Origin: Oikopleura dioica
Taxonomy: Eukaryota; Animalia; Chordata
Reading direction: 5' to 3'
DNA: 64,000 nt
Assembly: GCA_907165135.1 (NCBI GenBank)
Contig: OU015566.1
Span: 5,890,001-5,954,000 of the forward strand
In this document: one piece after another, positions 23,283 through 35,662 of the stretch
Numbering within the stretch: position 1 is the stretch's first letter
Layout of the letters: each line of letters starts with the position of its first letter
Program-made: the position numbers and the translations under genes
The notes under the pieces: model-generated
The model's input: only the letters and a program-made list of their open reading frames with translations
Told to the model about the DNA's origin: nothing
Databases searched by the model: none

Positions 23283-24170
23283 TTTTATTGGCAGCGACTA
23301 GTATCGGAGTAGAACTCCTTCTTCAGGGTACAGATCAATAAACAGTTAACCCAGAAAAACGAGGGCGCCAAGATGCACAGGAGGATGATGATGATATACA
23401 AACACATTACTTTTAAGCCACTTTTACTGGAATGAGATGCGACTCGATAGGGAAAAAGATCCAGAAAATCATAAGTAGAATAAGTCCATCTTTTCGTGTC
23501 ATTATGGCATGGAAAACAGTCAGACTAGAATCTGTTATTTATCCAAAATTTAAAAAAGAAATCCCACTTCGAAAGATGTCTTGTTGTATCTATGAATACA
23601 AATGTTTCTGTGGAATAAGATATCAAGGAGAAACTATAAGACCACTAGAAAAACGATTCCACGAGCATTTCGATAGTCCCTCAGTCAATTTGCCTGTTAG
23701 ATCGCATGCGATGGGGTGTGAGAAATTTATGACGCAGTTTAACATTTTCAAAAGTGATCCAAGCACTTTATCAAAGTTCAAACGTAAAAACACTTCGTTA
23801 GCTACTCTACTCTGTTAATTCGCCTTTGAATCTAAACTCATTTCTTTAGTCGAAACTAATTTGGAGAACTATCACGAACGTAAAACTGGTGAAGCATTCT
23901 CAATTCTGCTTACCGATCCAATTCTAAACCGTCAAGTTCAAAGTAAAAGTGTGAACTTCTTGTAAAAAAAGGGCATTGAACTGTGCATCTTGGCGCCCTT
24001 TTTGTCATTTTCTGTTACGCGCTTATATCTCGATTGTAATCTCGCTCTTTACTCAGACGCGCTTTTTCGCTTCTCAAGGTAACATCGTTTTTCTGGGTTA
24101 ACTGTTTATTGATCTGTAGCCTGAAGAAGGAGTTCTACTCCGAAACTAGTCGCTGCCAATAAAATGAGAT
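23283..24170 (+). mobile_element. 5'-truncated Penelope-like element (GIY-YIG endonuclease) with inverted pseudo-LTRs, copy 1
   Basis: ORF 23432 onward CIYEYKCFCGIRYQGETIRPLEKRFHEH (GIY-YIG); premature TAA at 23816; ends 23283-23355 and 24085-24170 are inverted copies. Confidence 0.85.
24116..24156 (+). ncRNA. Minimal type-I hammerhead ribozyme motif in the PLE pseudo-LTR
   Basis: gtagc-CTGAAGA-a-ggag ttcta ctcc-GAAA-c ta g-TC-gctgc: stem I gtagc/gctgc, stem II ggag/ctcc, palindromic stem III actagt, GUC cleavage triplet. Confidence 0.7.
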
Positions 24171-24379
24171 ACTGAAAAAAATATTTCAATTTTTCGGCCA
24201 ATCAGAAAAGTCGGATTTTCGAAATTTTTTAAATTTGCACCAATCCTCGTAATCTGAGCTTACAAGTGATGCCTAAATTACTTGGTTTCAGTAAGTATAA
24301 CGTGAGTAATGACTGTCCGAAGACGAAAAATTCATATTATTCTGGCATATCACCGCTCGCTGCGGAGCAAGTATCAGCA

Positions 24380-25230
24380 GAAATCAAGCAGTTCAAGGGT
24401 CTCCAGAAGTTTCCCAGCTCGCTTTGTGACCAAGTGAAACCAGGCGATCGAAAGCGTGTTACTTATCGTAAACTAGGTCCAGTGTCTGGCGAAAGCAATG
24501 AGCACATCTGTTGTCACCAGTTGATATGTCCGAAGTGCCTTCTTAGTTCACGAGGTCTTGCTCTACTCTCTAGTCTAACTGCAGCCTCTAGATAACACGG
24601 AAAAGGAGAGTTTAGGTCTTGAATTTCAGTTAGGTAAACACTGACTTTACACTTGATTGTGTATGAATTACACAGACTGAACGCAGTGGATAAGCGGCGG
24701 GCGCCTCAAGATCTCTATCAGATCTATCAGCTTCTTGCTGACCTAACATTGTTATAAACTTGTGTTTATAAACTTTTGACCAGTTAAATAAGTGTTTATA
24801 AACTTTTGACCAATAAAAGTTCCCCGAACGACCGTCCAGACAAATGTTACTATTACGCGCCCGATTATAACCTTAACAGATTCGAGGAAGCTCAAGGTGA
24901 GAATCAGCCCTTAAATTTTCCTTGTTCCTTGACATTTAAGGCTACATCGCGAGCAACCACGTCAACGCTCGAACATCTTCAATCAGCTTTGGCGGCACAT
25001 TTATTTTGATGAGCTTGAGACTCGGCAGAAACTGGATCACCATTTCGAAAACAGTCGCTCTTAACTCAATCCGAGCAACGGAGCAGTTGGAGAAGGGCTG
25101 GAGAAAAGACGAGATCACGGTTCCAGCTATGTTTCGCGACTTTGATCCAGTGCACGTGATTCCTCTGGAATGGATTCAAAAGATATTTTGTACTTGCCCT
25201 TTCTGCTTTTTCTGTGAATCCTAAAAGATC
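24380..25230 (+). other. Second unresolved coding-like segment, partly paralogous to 21930-22040
   Basis: QPLDNTEKESLGLEFQL exon with the same intron as at 21975; further exons (NKSSPNDRPDKCYYYAPDYNLNRFEEAQ; KGWRKDEITVPAMFRDFDPVHVIPLE). Confidence 0.35.
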
Positions 25231-25242
25231 GACCTTGGTCAG

Positions 25243-28200
25243 TTGATGCTCATTCTCGTCACTCGAAGCATTGCTCTCTCAAACACGCAATACTCACTTT
25301 TACTCGAAAAAGAGGGGAAATTCCTGACGCTCGGCAATGAATGGATAGGCTCCTTGGTCAAGTACGAGCGAGAATCGCGTTGTTTCTCTGGTTTGTACGC
25401 ACCGAAAGATTACGCTTATTCAAATGCTTTCGGAACCAACAACGACGAGTGTGAGTATTTCATCAATGGCTTCATAAACAACGATCGTATTTATCTCCAG
25501 AATATTGTTTTCGATACTACTTTTGAAGTCTATTTCGACTTCGGAGAGGATCTTAACTTTAGTATCGTCGTAATTTAAGTCAGATTATCTTATGTTCTCT
25601 ACTACCACTCGTTGTTGTCCGTAAGTCGTGTAGCTCTAGATATAATTTGATCCTCTAAAAGATCGCATCGAGCTCGATTTCCGACAACAAAGTGCTGAAA
25701 ACATAATGCTAGTGACTAGCAACCCGTATTTCGAATTCCACAAAGATGTCTTTCCGTACTTCGCGAAAAACGCTGTCAAAAATCAAACCGCTTTTCCGCA
25801 ATCAGGCGAGGCTCTTAAATAATCAAGAGAGTATTGATTCTCTCACTCAGAACCTCACACGTCTTACACCGAGAGTTGCTCTGGGTCGTGGCTTGGAACA
25901 GGCTCTGCGGGAGTTGGCACTTGGCCGTGGGCGCCTTGCATCCTATTTGCTCAGCTGGAGGCCTTGCCTGAACCTTGCCACTGCAATGTTTTGACCGCGA
26001 TACAAAACGGACAACCCCGTAATGTGACATTACAGACAGCGCTGACTTCAGAGATAGTAGCAGCGTTTTACAAAGCCTTAAAAAAGCAAGCAGTTTGTCT
26101 CCACCATATCCACTGGCGATTCTGCCAGATTTCCCCTTTTCTTCTTTCAATGGGTCCCTTTTCCATATTTCTTCATTTCAGCTTGACTTAAACGAAACGC
26201 AAAAACTTACTTTAGACATTAAGTAAAGAGTCTTAATTCTAATGCTAATTTATTTAACCTTAGCCGCCAAAATATTATTTTGACCCTACCGGCCAAATGC
26301 ACCATTACGAGGACTGGACTTTCGGTAACTATTTATTGGACGCAAAAGACTTGTCGGGAAACAAGGAGCTTAGCAAATGCGTGGTTTATTGAGTAAAACA
26401 GCCCAGACATGGACAAACTGGCAGCAGAGAGAAGTGTAATTAAGAACCGGTTGTTCATGTGAAAAATAGTTGGGGGGACAGTTTCCAATGAAATATGTGC
26501 ATTAGCGCGCATTCACGCATGAATGCGCGTGAGGCTGTGGGTAATGAATTGAGACGTGGAAGTGACTTATATGATCAAATATAGAGCCAAAAATCCAAAT
26601 CCCCATACCATGAGTGGTGCATAACGCGGTTATGTTCTTGAAAAAATAATTAAAAGTCTATCACATTAACCGAGAATAGCAGAAAGGTTGCCGAAGGGTA
26701 GCTAATCGATAATTAGCCTTACAGTTTTTTGCTTTTTTGAAAGAACAAAATCAATTCGCCGGAAGAGCTGATTATTTGACCGGTAATCCACAGATGGTGG
26801 CACCATCATGGTCACCATGATTCATGGTGCACTCTGGCCAGCTAAGGTTAAAATAAACTGATCGAATAATATTCTTGACTCTCAGAAGACGAAATCTTTT
26901 CTGACAAAAGCAGCGAAAACTCTTGAATTTCGATCTTATAATGAAAAATCTATCTTCGCAATTAAAACTTACGAAAACAGCTCGATTGCGGTCTTATCAG
27001 ACTTTTTCGAGAAATCGATCATTTTGGACGATCCGTTAAGCACAGATTGGACATCTCTTGAATTCGTTTTCAAGGTCGAAGACGACTCACTACTTTCTCT
27101 TGTTGTGAGGAGAGAGGGCGAGGATATAGCAGCAAGGCAAATGAACGAGCTTCAAACTATGGAAGAAAAAAGAATCAGAGTTTTCAAATTCGACGACGAA
27201 ACCGAAATCAAAAATGTTTTTTTCTATCAAAATCGACCGAGTCAGATTCTTGTTATCTTATCTGAACCAGAATTACTACACCATTATGCCCTGTTTGGAG
27301 ACGGCTTTAAAAACGAAAATACAAACATGATTGTTCCGACGATTCTTCAGAATAAAATCTACGACTCTAAAGCTGCTTTTGTGAAAGGCAAGTTGCATTT
27401 TTTCGGCGGCCGTCAGAGATCAAAATTAGTAGACTGCTCTTTGAAACTCCTTATTGACTATTTTTTAGATTATTATTCTTGTCGAATGCGATTTTAGGCT
27501 TCTCCCGATTAGGCTTCGGAATAGATTTTATGCTGGAAGCAGCGCGCTCACAATTTCAAACGGAACTGAAGGTTCGTCGCAAGAATACATTATTATTTTT
27601 ACATTTTTCAGCTCTTGTTTGTTTTGATGAGAAAACAGACAAGAAGTGCGAGATTTTTAACGGCACTGCTGTTGAAAAACTCGCATTCGAACCAAGAGAA
27701 GGGCACTGGAACGGTGGACTTGCTCATTTTAAAGGACGGCCAACAGCAGTCGGCGGTGAAAATTATCCAAGATCGAACAAAGGATACACGGAAACCCTGA
27801 CTGAAAATGGCTGGGAAGAAGTGCCTCGTCATCCAATGTTATTTTATTTTGCAAATTTTTTATTCAGCATGATTTAAGAGAGATAACCCAGTTTTCTGTT
27901 GCTGGATTGCCGTCGGGATCAATTGCTACGTTGGGGGGCTGGGATACGAAGAAACAGAAAATTCTAAAGGCGATTTTCGTTTTGAATAAATTTGAAAAAT
28001 GGAAAACAATGGGAAATCTGCTTCAAGTAAGTTCATTTCGGGGTATTTTGAAAATTTGATAATTAATTATTTCAAAAAATCTATATTTTTCAGCCTTGTT
28101 ACTATGGATCGGCAATTCAAGTCGGCACCGCTTTATATTTATTCCCTGGAGAAAGCGACGAATCAACTCGAATGATACAACGCGTAAATCTAGGAAAGGT

Positions 28201-28400
28201 TGTCCAATTTTTCAAGAAACTTCTTTCGGAAAGCTTTCGATAATTTTAAGGAAAAAGTGATCAACTGATGTCAAAGACGGAGACAATATTGTTGCAGTCG
28301 AGTTTGTTGGGGAACATGAGAAATTTCATTTGGACCCGTTTCTGTTCATATCGCCGTCGAATTTCTGCACCGCGAAACATGATCAATGTCCTTATCAATA
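25243..28400 (+). pseudogene. Multi-exon gene ending in a kelch-like beta-propeller, copy 1 (disrupted)
   Basis: Exons ...KGKLHFFGG; CEIFNG...HWNGGLAHFKGRPTAVGG...TETLTENGWEEVPRHP; GLPSGSIATLGGWD. In-frame stops, a foreign insert at ~25776-26045 and a MITE at 26258. Confidence 0.65.
26258..26847. mobile_element. piggyBac-type MITE
   Basis: TTAA|ccttagc ... gctaagg|TTAA; absent from cassette copies 2 and 3. Confidence 0.8.
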
Positions 28401-29600
28401 AAATTTTGTACAAAATGATTTTTCGAACTGTTTCTTTAAAAAAAAAATTTTTCCGAAAACTCACTGAGAAATTTAAAATTTGAAAATAAAATCAACGAAT
28501 CATTTGGTCAAAACTCAAAAACTACAAATTATTTTAAATGTTATTAATTAAAGAGTCTGAAAAATCTTTCACTTTACAGCTTTCCGCAGCTTAGCAAATA
28601 ATCGTCGACTCTGGCTTTGAACCGACTCAGAAAAGACGAAGAACTAGAAAAAGGCCGGAAAAAGGAGCAGAACTCTGCGCAGAACCATCAATTATCGACT
28701 GCCCGATGAGCCGTCTCCTTTTACGGATTCTTTTCATATGATGTTAAGCTGACCATGAATTGCTATTGAAATAGTAGAGCTATTTGTTAGAAGAGCCGAA
28801 ACCCAATTTATAATTTTAATATTTTGCTTATAATTTGTAGCAAGTTGCTACTAGCAACGAAAAAAAACCAAAATGAACCTTTCTGAAACTTTGCAAAATC
28901 AGCAGCATTTTCAAATAGGCAATGAATAAAGATGAAGTCAAAGTCAGCTTTCATTTTTGAATAGCGACGATTTTACGGCTCGTCTAAGTTTCAAAGAAAT
29001 TCATCATTTTTAATAAAAGTAATTCGATAATAACAAATTGCAGAAGCTCTACCGCGATTTCATTTTGAGTGACTGCACTCTCATTTCAGTAACAAAAATC
29101 AAGCCTTTTCTGTTACTGAAAAAAGTGAACTCTTCTTTCTAGCACCTCTTTCAACTTTCCGCGTCACCTAAGAAAATCGACGGCGTCGGCGCCGGGCGAG
29201 TTCTCACGCGACCATGACTGACTTTTCATCCCGCGAAAACGCTAATCCCCATAACCCCCGAATTCGCTTCGCATCGCTTCGCAATAAAGCGAATTCGCAC
29301 TGCGAATTTAGACCCCTGAATAAATTGTACGGTCAACTTGTGGTAGCCAGCCGCTAACAAAAAGAATCAGCAAATGATATATGATTCATATTATATGAAC
29401 TGTACATTATGAAAAGTAAAAATTGTGAAAATAAAAACTCAACTTATTCCAAAGCAAAGAAAAGCCCTGACATTAAAAAAGAGCACAAACGGAGAGTAAA
29501 CTGTCCAGCTGTCAGACAAGCAATGTCCGAAGTCCTCATAAACGAGCTTGTTTTAACTTTTTTCGCATAACAGCTTTTTCTCTCTCAGAGATCACTCGTT

Positions 29601-31455
29601 ATGGTTATCAAAGAAGAAAATGAAGGAATTCAAAATGCGATTTTCAAAACTAAAATCACGGTAATTTTTACCTTTATTTGTGATCATCTGACAGAGATGA
29701 TACTGTTTAGTTACAAAGTTTAATGGGCATTACAGTCAGCTCAATCATCTTACTAAAAATAAATTTTGAAATTAGTGCCTCGACTGTGACTGCATCGGGA
29801 CCCTGAGAAAAAAGGGCAAGACTGTTTATCTTTTTCCGGAAGAAATTCTGACAACCCGAAGCATTCGCACTCAAGAAAACGATATCAAGAAGAAGGAAAA
29901 AACATGGAAAAAAAAGGTCACTGCGAAAATGAGCTTGGCGAAACACGGGAACGCCACCGACCCGCAGCAGTTCAGCTATTTGACTCTTGGCACCATTTTC
30001 TGGGTCACTGTTATGCTCATAGGTAACCTCTCGAGTAATTTGAATATCCACTTTTGCAAGCAAACTTTGCCTCTTTGGAAAAATTCCGCGGCGTAACTAC
30101 TTTTCTGACGTCGAGCTGTCACCGAAACTACAAGAAATGCGTTAAAATTTCGACAATGGACTTTTGCGGTCATCTAATGAAGCAATGCCGTGACACCAAG
30201 GAGTTTATCCTTCCCGAGCCGGCTTCGAAGGTCGAGTTTGTCAAAGCGGCGCCGCTTGTTTTTTCACAGGAAGAAAACGAAGTGAATCTCCGCCGCTGCC
30301 AGAAGAAACGCTTTTACGACCAGAGAGTCTGCCGCCATCTCTGCTCGAACACGCTCGTTTTGAAATCAACGAGGACCAACCCAATCACACCCTGCGAGTC
30401 AATCTGTTTTGGGCTGACTAGAAGTTTCGATTCCGCCGGAGAAGTTTGCCCATTTCAGAAGTACTGTTCCAATGGTTGCCCGTGTCCTCATTACGAATGC
30501 GAGAAGTTGGAGTCGCCTCAAAAATTTGTTCCAGTTTTTGATCTCCGAAAATCTGAAAATAGTTTAAACTTGTCAGTGCCTATCTTTAACATATCATCTA
30601 CAACCCAGTTGACATCAACTGAGCCAACTTCGACGACTTGGTCGATAATGTCGTCTTCACCGCAGTCATTATCAACTTGGTCGACTCCAACAACAACAAT
30701 CATAACATCTCCTATAACAACTTCGGACGGTTGGACATTTCCCTTGCACTCTTTTCGGGGCGAGATACTACACCGCGCTACTAGCCAACATATGGGGGCG
30801 CAACGGAGCGCACGCTGATATCAAAAGCATCTGAAAGAGCAAGGAAAACTTCTCGTAGTTTTAAATAAATTAATCAAGCACATGATTAAACTAATAATTA
30901 TAATTTCTATCGATAAAAAAGTAAGAATCCTTTGTAAAGTCTTTAGAAAAGTCTTTGAATTTTTCACTCTTGAGAATTTTGATTTCAGCGCGCGCTCCGT
31001 TGCGCCCCCATCAGTGGGCTAGTAGCGCGTCATACTAGCTCGCCTCCAAAAGAGTGCAAGGGAAATGTCCAATCTCAACTCCGTCAACGGTGTCTTGGAT
31101 CAACTCAACTTCCCAATCAAATGGAAGCGCAGAGCTGACAGAAAGTGAATTTGAAGAACCAAAATTTACGATTTTATTGGCCGATTTCTATGAAAGAAAT
31201 CAATCAAAAACGACAAATGCCTCAGATTTTTTGTATTCTTATGAACGGTTTTGATAAATCTAAAAGAATGTCATCAAAGCGTTATTGTGTTAACATTCAA
31301 AAGTCTCCCTGTAGAAATCCTTCGAACCAAATAAAGTCGACCGGTACTACTTTTCTCAACGGTGAGCATTACTTGGTCGATGCCTTTGGAAACTTGATGA
31401 GAATAAAAGAAAATGGCGATGCCCCGATTTTAGTTCCGAATCGACGCAAAGATTT
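29601..31455 (+). pseudogene. Type-II membrane Cys-rich protein, copy 2 (exon interrupted by a MITE)
   Basis: ORF 30054-30818 matches copy 3 up to ...PITT, then reads into the 30725-31074 insert. Confidence 0.7.
30725..31074. mobile_element. MITE with ~95-bp TIRs inserted in a coding exon
   Basis: ttggacatttcccttgcactctttt... / ...aaaagagtgcaagggaaatgtccaa. Empty site in copies 1 and 3 (ataacaacttcaactcc). TSD unclear. Confidence 0.8.
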
Positions 31456-31826
31456 GTACGCATTTCATTTACAGTGAAACCCCAACTTAAGGCCACTTTT
31501 TGGATGACAGCTAATTTGAAAAGTGGCCTTAAGTTGGGTGATTCTACATCTAAGTTGGATGACGCTAAAATTTTTCTATTTCTGGAGCAGGGATCTGAAT
31601 CTGGCCTCGAAATGCTGTACACAGGAACAGGGATTTTATATTTTGGCCCATCTGCGAAACAGGAAACAGAACAGGATTAAAAACTCAGGAACAGGTCCTG
31701 TTTTACGGGTTTCACAGGCTTTGCAGGCCTGTAAACTCTTATTTCACGGTTTCAATTTTTCCTTGATGAATCAAAATTTAGAATTTTTTTCTCGTTTTTA
31801 TCACATGACATGATTCATGTCTACAG

Positions 31827-31943
31827 CAGGGATGAAAATCTGAGCGGCACGGCACGGCACGGCACAGCGGCATGGCACGTGTATTTTGGTTGTGCCGTGC
31901 CGTGCCGGTGCCACTGGAAAATTTTCTCATATTTCCATCCCTG
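31827..31943. mobile_element. 117-bp hAT-type MITE
   Basis: 8-bp TSD gtctacag on both sides; termini cagggatg/catccctg; internal (cggca)n/(tgccg)n palindrome. Confidence 0.88.
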
Positions 31944-32415
31944 GTCTACAGACAGTTTCAACTATAAAAGTTTCTTTATAACATATTTGAAAGAAATTCC
32001 AAGAGAATTTTTATGAAAAAATTCTTATCTTCCCCATCTCTCGCCTGTTTTCCTGCGATTTACTTACTGTGGATAAAAATGGAAAAAAGTGGCCTTAAGG
32101 TGGTAGAAACAGCTTTTTTGAAAAAAGCCGATTTTTGAACAGCGCTCAAGCTCAGCCAACGTTAGATTTTTAGATTCTCTCTTCGATTTTAGTTAGATTT
32201 ATATTAGATCTAAGACCATCTGTTTTTAAAATTAATTTTTGTTTACCCAGTTTATCGGTAGAGAGCGAAACATCTACCAATCTCGTCGAAAATCCCGATT
32301 TTCGCCCATTTTCGAGCACGATTATCTCGAGACATGTGATTAACCAAGAATTTCTTATTTCATTTTAAGATACTTCAACCCTTTTTCTAGGAGCATCTAT
32401 GATCAAAATTTCGTA

Positions 32416-32576
32416 CAGTGGGTTGCGCAGTTGGTTGCCCCTTTGCGATTGCCGCTTTGGTTGCCCCTTTGCCCGCGCTTTTTCTATTGTTCCTTTCTAG
32501 ACTTGCTCAAAGTGATTGCAGGATTGGTTGGCCCTTCACCCGCACTTAAGGGGGCAACTACCTGCGCAACCCACTG
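32416..32576. mobile_element. 161-bp Tc1-type MITE
   Basis: TA|cagtgggttgcgcag ... ctgcgcaacccactg|TA. Confidence 0.85.
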
Positions 32577-33531
32577 TAATCATAAAAAATGATAGTGTTG
32601 GGAGTTCGATTGCAACTTCTGTATAAGATTTTCAAAATTTTGAATTTGAAACAGAATTTTCTCGTGCTACCCTTAAGTTTTCGTCCTACCTAAGTTATTC
32701 ACGATGATAATGTGATCGAAAAAATCTATCTTATCGGCGTAACCCTTTATTTCACGATTTAAAGCCTCGATAAATTTCGAAAATTTAAAATTTGTCCCAA
32801 AACTCCAACTTTTAAGGCAATTTAAAGGACATTCCAACATAGTAAGGGGGTAACTTTTGATAGCGTTTTTATTCTTTGTGTCCTAGGCTTTCAGAATCTT
32901 AGAAAAAAATCATAAGTATTCCATCTTTGGCAAAAGCTGTTTCTACCCCCTTAAGTTGGATTTTTTTCGGATGACAGATTTCGGGGGTTTTTCAGAAAAG
33001 TGGCCTTAAGTTGCTGGGCCTTAAGTTGGGGTTTCACTGTATATATTCTTTAAAGATCAAAGATTGGATCGTGGCAAGAGCCAAGGCTTTTGTTTGGCTT
33101 AAAATTGTGTCCCCAAGGCTCGTATAATTTTTCGTTTTAAAGAGGCCGCTTCGTTTTCCACTTTGGATCGTCGATTGGAACTCACCACATTGAGATTCGC
33201 CTTAAAGACAGAGATCGAACGATCTTCCCCGTCGTTGTTATCTGAAAACGGTCGAAAATCAGGCTGCCGGGACAAAACCCTGACACCCCCTCCGAGCCGA
33301 GCAATCAACCTCACTTTTTTACTAGACCTCCTATTGCGGCGCTCAAGAGCCAACTTCGCTCAACAACTCTCAAATGCCCTGCTCATACTTTTCCTATGCA
33401 AAAGTCCTGCTAGAACAACTGATTACGCGGAATTTTCATTTCATAATTTTATTTCATGATCATTTCAGTTTTTATTCTACAGGAAAACTTAAAACAGGCG
33501 GAAAGAAAATATTTGTCAGAGGAGTTCCAAG

Positions 33532-35190
33532 TTATTTTGTGAGTCGAATGATATTTTCCTGGATGAAATCTTTCGGAGAATTATGAATGTAAATGATAAT
33601 AAATTGAACCCAATCGTATTTATCTCGGACTTCTTTCGCTCGAAAGTTAAAATCCTCGTTTTCAACGCTTAGTGAATTCTCAAATTTGAAATCATAGATT
33701 TTGTCACTCGCGTTTGCAATTGAGTTCGAATTATTATCAAATAATTGTTTTAATTTACTATTTATCGATTCCGAATAATTGTTCGTTAAATTAAATTCTT
33801 GGCTACATAGATTTCCGTAAAGATTCCATTCATTGCGAGAAGAACTATTTACATAAGTAGCAATAAAATATTTAACGAATTGACGAAAGCCAGGCTGTAA
33901 TGATTCAGAAAAGGTCAAAATGTAGTCGTCCAGAGCAGCAAAGAAATGGTCGAGATAAGAAGGATCAAGGAATGGCAGTCCTTTCATCAAATTAAAAAAC
34001 TCGCGAACTTCCGGATTTTTTGAAGGGAGAAATTACGTAAATTCTTTTAGTTTTTTTTTCAATGATTCCAGAAGATGGTAATATCATTTAGAAACAGTCC
34101 TATCGAACTGTTTTTCAAAAGAATGTTTAACTCCCGGTTCAAAATCAGTAAGAAGAAAAGAAATTTGTAATGGGCGGTTAAATCTCAGTTGATAGCTGTC
34201 TTTTAACAAGCAAAATAATTTATCATATAGTTCAATCTTGCGAGATTACATAAAAGCGAAGATAATTGGATAAGCTCGACTTTTTTTAGGATCAGATTGA
34301 CACTGAAGGCGCACTGACATAATATATAGTTGTTGAAAATCAAGATTTCGCACAGGAGTCCATGTCCCGTCTCCAAATACTGGTGAGAATTCTGGCATAT
34401 GATTATCTTTTCTAGAAGAGTGATTCATAAGATCAAGCTCATGCTCTAAATAAAAAACTGTCATATCCTCATTTTCTACTTGTAGAAAATCAACTTGTAC
34501 ATCTTTTTTAAGCTCTCGATCGAATATGAACATTTTTTTATTTAGCTCAGGAACTTGATCTTTTGCCACACTTTCTGTTGATCGCTGTATCGTTTTTTTT
34601 ACAAGTTCCAGAATCTTCTTTTTATCATAGCCAATCTCATCATTGACTCGTCCTGTTGAAATAATTTTATTTATACCAGAAGTATTGAATACTTTTCGAG
34701 TCTGGTTTTGGTGTGAATTCCTTGCGATATCTTTATTGACACTTCGAAAAGACTGATTAATAATAGCAAGGGGAAGTTTCTCGCAAGAATGATTATTTTC
34801 AGCAGAAATAAGTTCATAATTTGATAGGTTATATCTATCAGAATACTCGAAATTGAATTGGTATCTTTTTCGCATTTGAATTTTGACTTCGGTTTCATTC
34901 TTACGTTTTTTTGTTTCTTCGAGTTCGGTGATGATCATTTCTTCCTTCATGCATTTTACTTTGGCTTTGGCTTTACATTTCTTTTCTAAGCACTCAAGTA
35001 AAATCATGGATGCTGAACTGGCGCTCTGAATGACGAGTTTTCTTCTGGTATTCTTTTCTCCATGCTGTATCCACCAAGCAACTCCGTTTCTTCGGTTCGA
35101 CTCTGTAATTCCAATCAACTCTCCGCGTTCTTCAGAGCCTCTTATTTCATCAGTATCAAAAGTTTCAAGTTTTTTTTTCAAATCCATTTT
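33532..35190 (-). pseudogene. MULE transposase (intron-containing, in-frame stop)
   Basis: VFGDGTWTPV...FQQLYIMS...YPIIFAFM; LLTDFEPGVKHSF followed by TGA-YYHL; FVKYFIATY...WNLYG...TNNYSESINSKLK. These are established MULE DDE-domain motifs. N-terminal C..C...H.C zinc-finger-like region. Confidence 0.8.
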
Positions 35191-35503
35191 TCGGATTTTT
35201 AAGAATGAGAGAAGAAAAAAAAATGGTCCCGGCTTATATGCGAAATTTTCGCGAATCAGCCATTCTATTTTTAGAAATGAGTATCCCAGCATCAAACCAG
35301 AAAGGCGGCAAAAAAGGTGACAACTCTTCATCGAAGAGTCATCGAAAACGGCCGGCTTTGGTGGGAGAAAATTCATTCATTGGACAGGTTACACTTCTAT
35401 TTTCGCGCCTCTCCTATTCGCAGCCTTATCGCAGCTACATTCGAAATTTCCAAAATCCTCATTGTCTTCTCCATGAAATCAGCAGAAAATAACTAAATCT
35501 AAT

Positions 35504-35662
35504 TGCCCCTAGCCACGGGGCTTCGCCCCTTAGGCCCTAAGATGCCGGGGTCTAGTCTAGGGTTACTTAGGGTTACCTTCGGTAACCTTAACTAACCCTA
35601 GCCTATCCCCCTCGGGTGAAACTGTTCTGTCATTTTGCGCGGTGCTCCCTAACCCTAACCTT
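35504..35662. repeat. ~160-bp hairpin-rich dispersed element (copy 1; copy 2 at 39034-39191)
   Basis: Near-identical sequence at two unrelated sites; hairpins ggggc-ttc-gcccc and ggttacc-ttc-ggtaacc; ccctaa-like ends. Confidence 0.75.

Larger units (their letters stand above)
19637..28960 (+). repeat. Cassette copy 1 of a ~9-10 kb segmental repeat
   Basis: Colinear high identity with 29320-43525 and 43587-53575 across all components. Confidence 0.93.
31472..33039. mobile_element. Tc1/mariner/pogo-type non-autonomous element with nested MITEs
   Basis: TA|cagtgaaaccccaacttaaggcc ... ggccttaagttggggtttcactg|TA; absent from copies 1 and 3. Confidence 0.88.

Noticed and set aside
29150-29320. 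Intact hAT element ending ...aatttagacccctg
   Set aside because: Only one end with gcgaattcgc subrepeats is visible; no matching left TIR or TSD found, so it is at most a remnant at the copy 1/2 junction.
35641-35662. Interstitial telomere
   Set aside because: Only about two CCCTAA units, and they are part of a dispersed 160-bp element.
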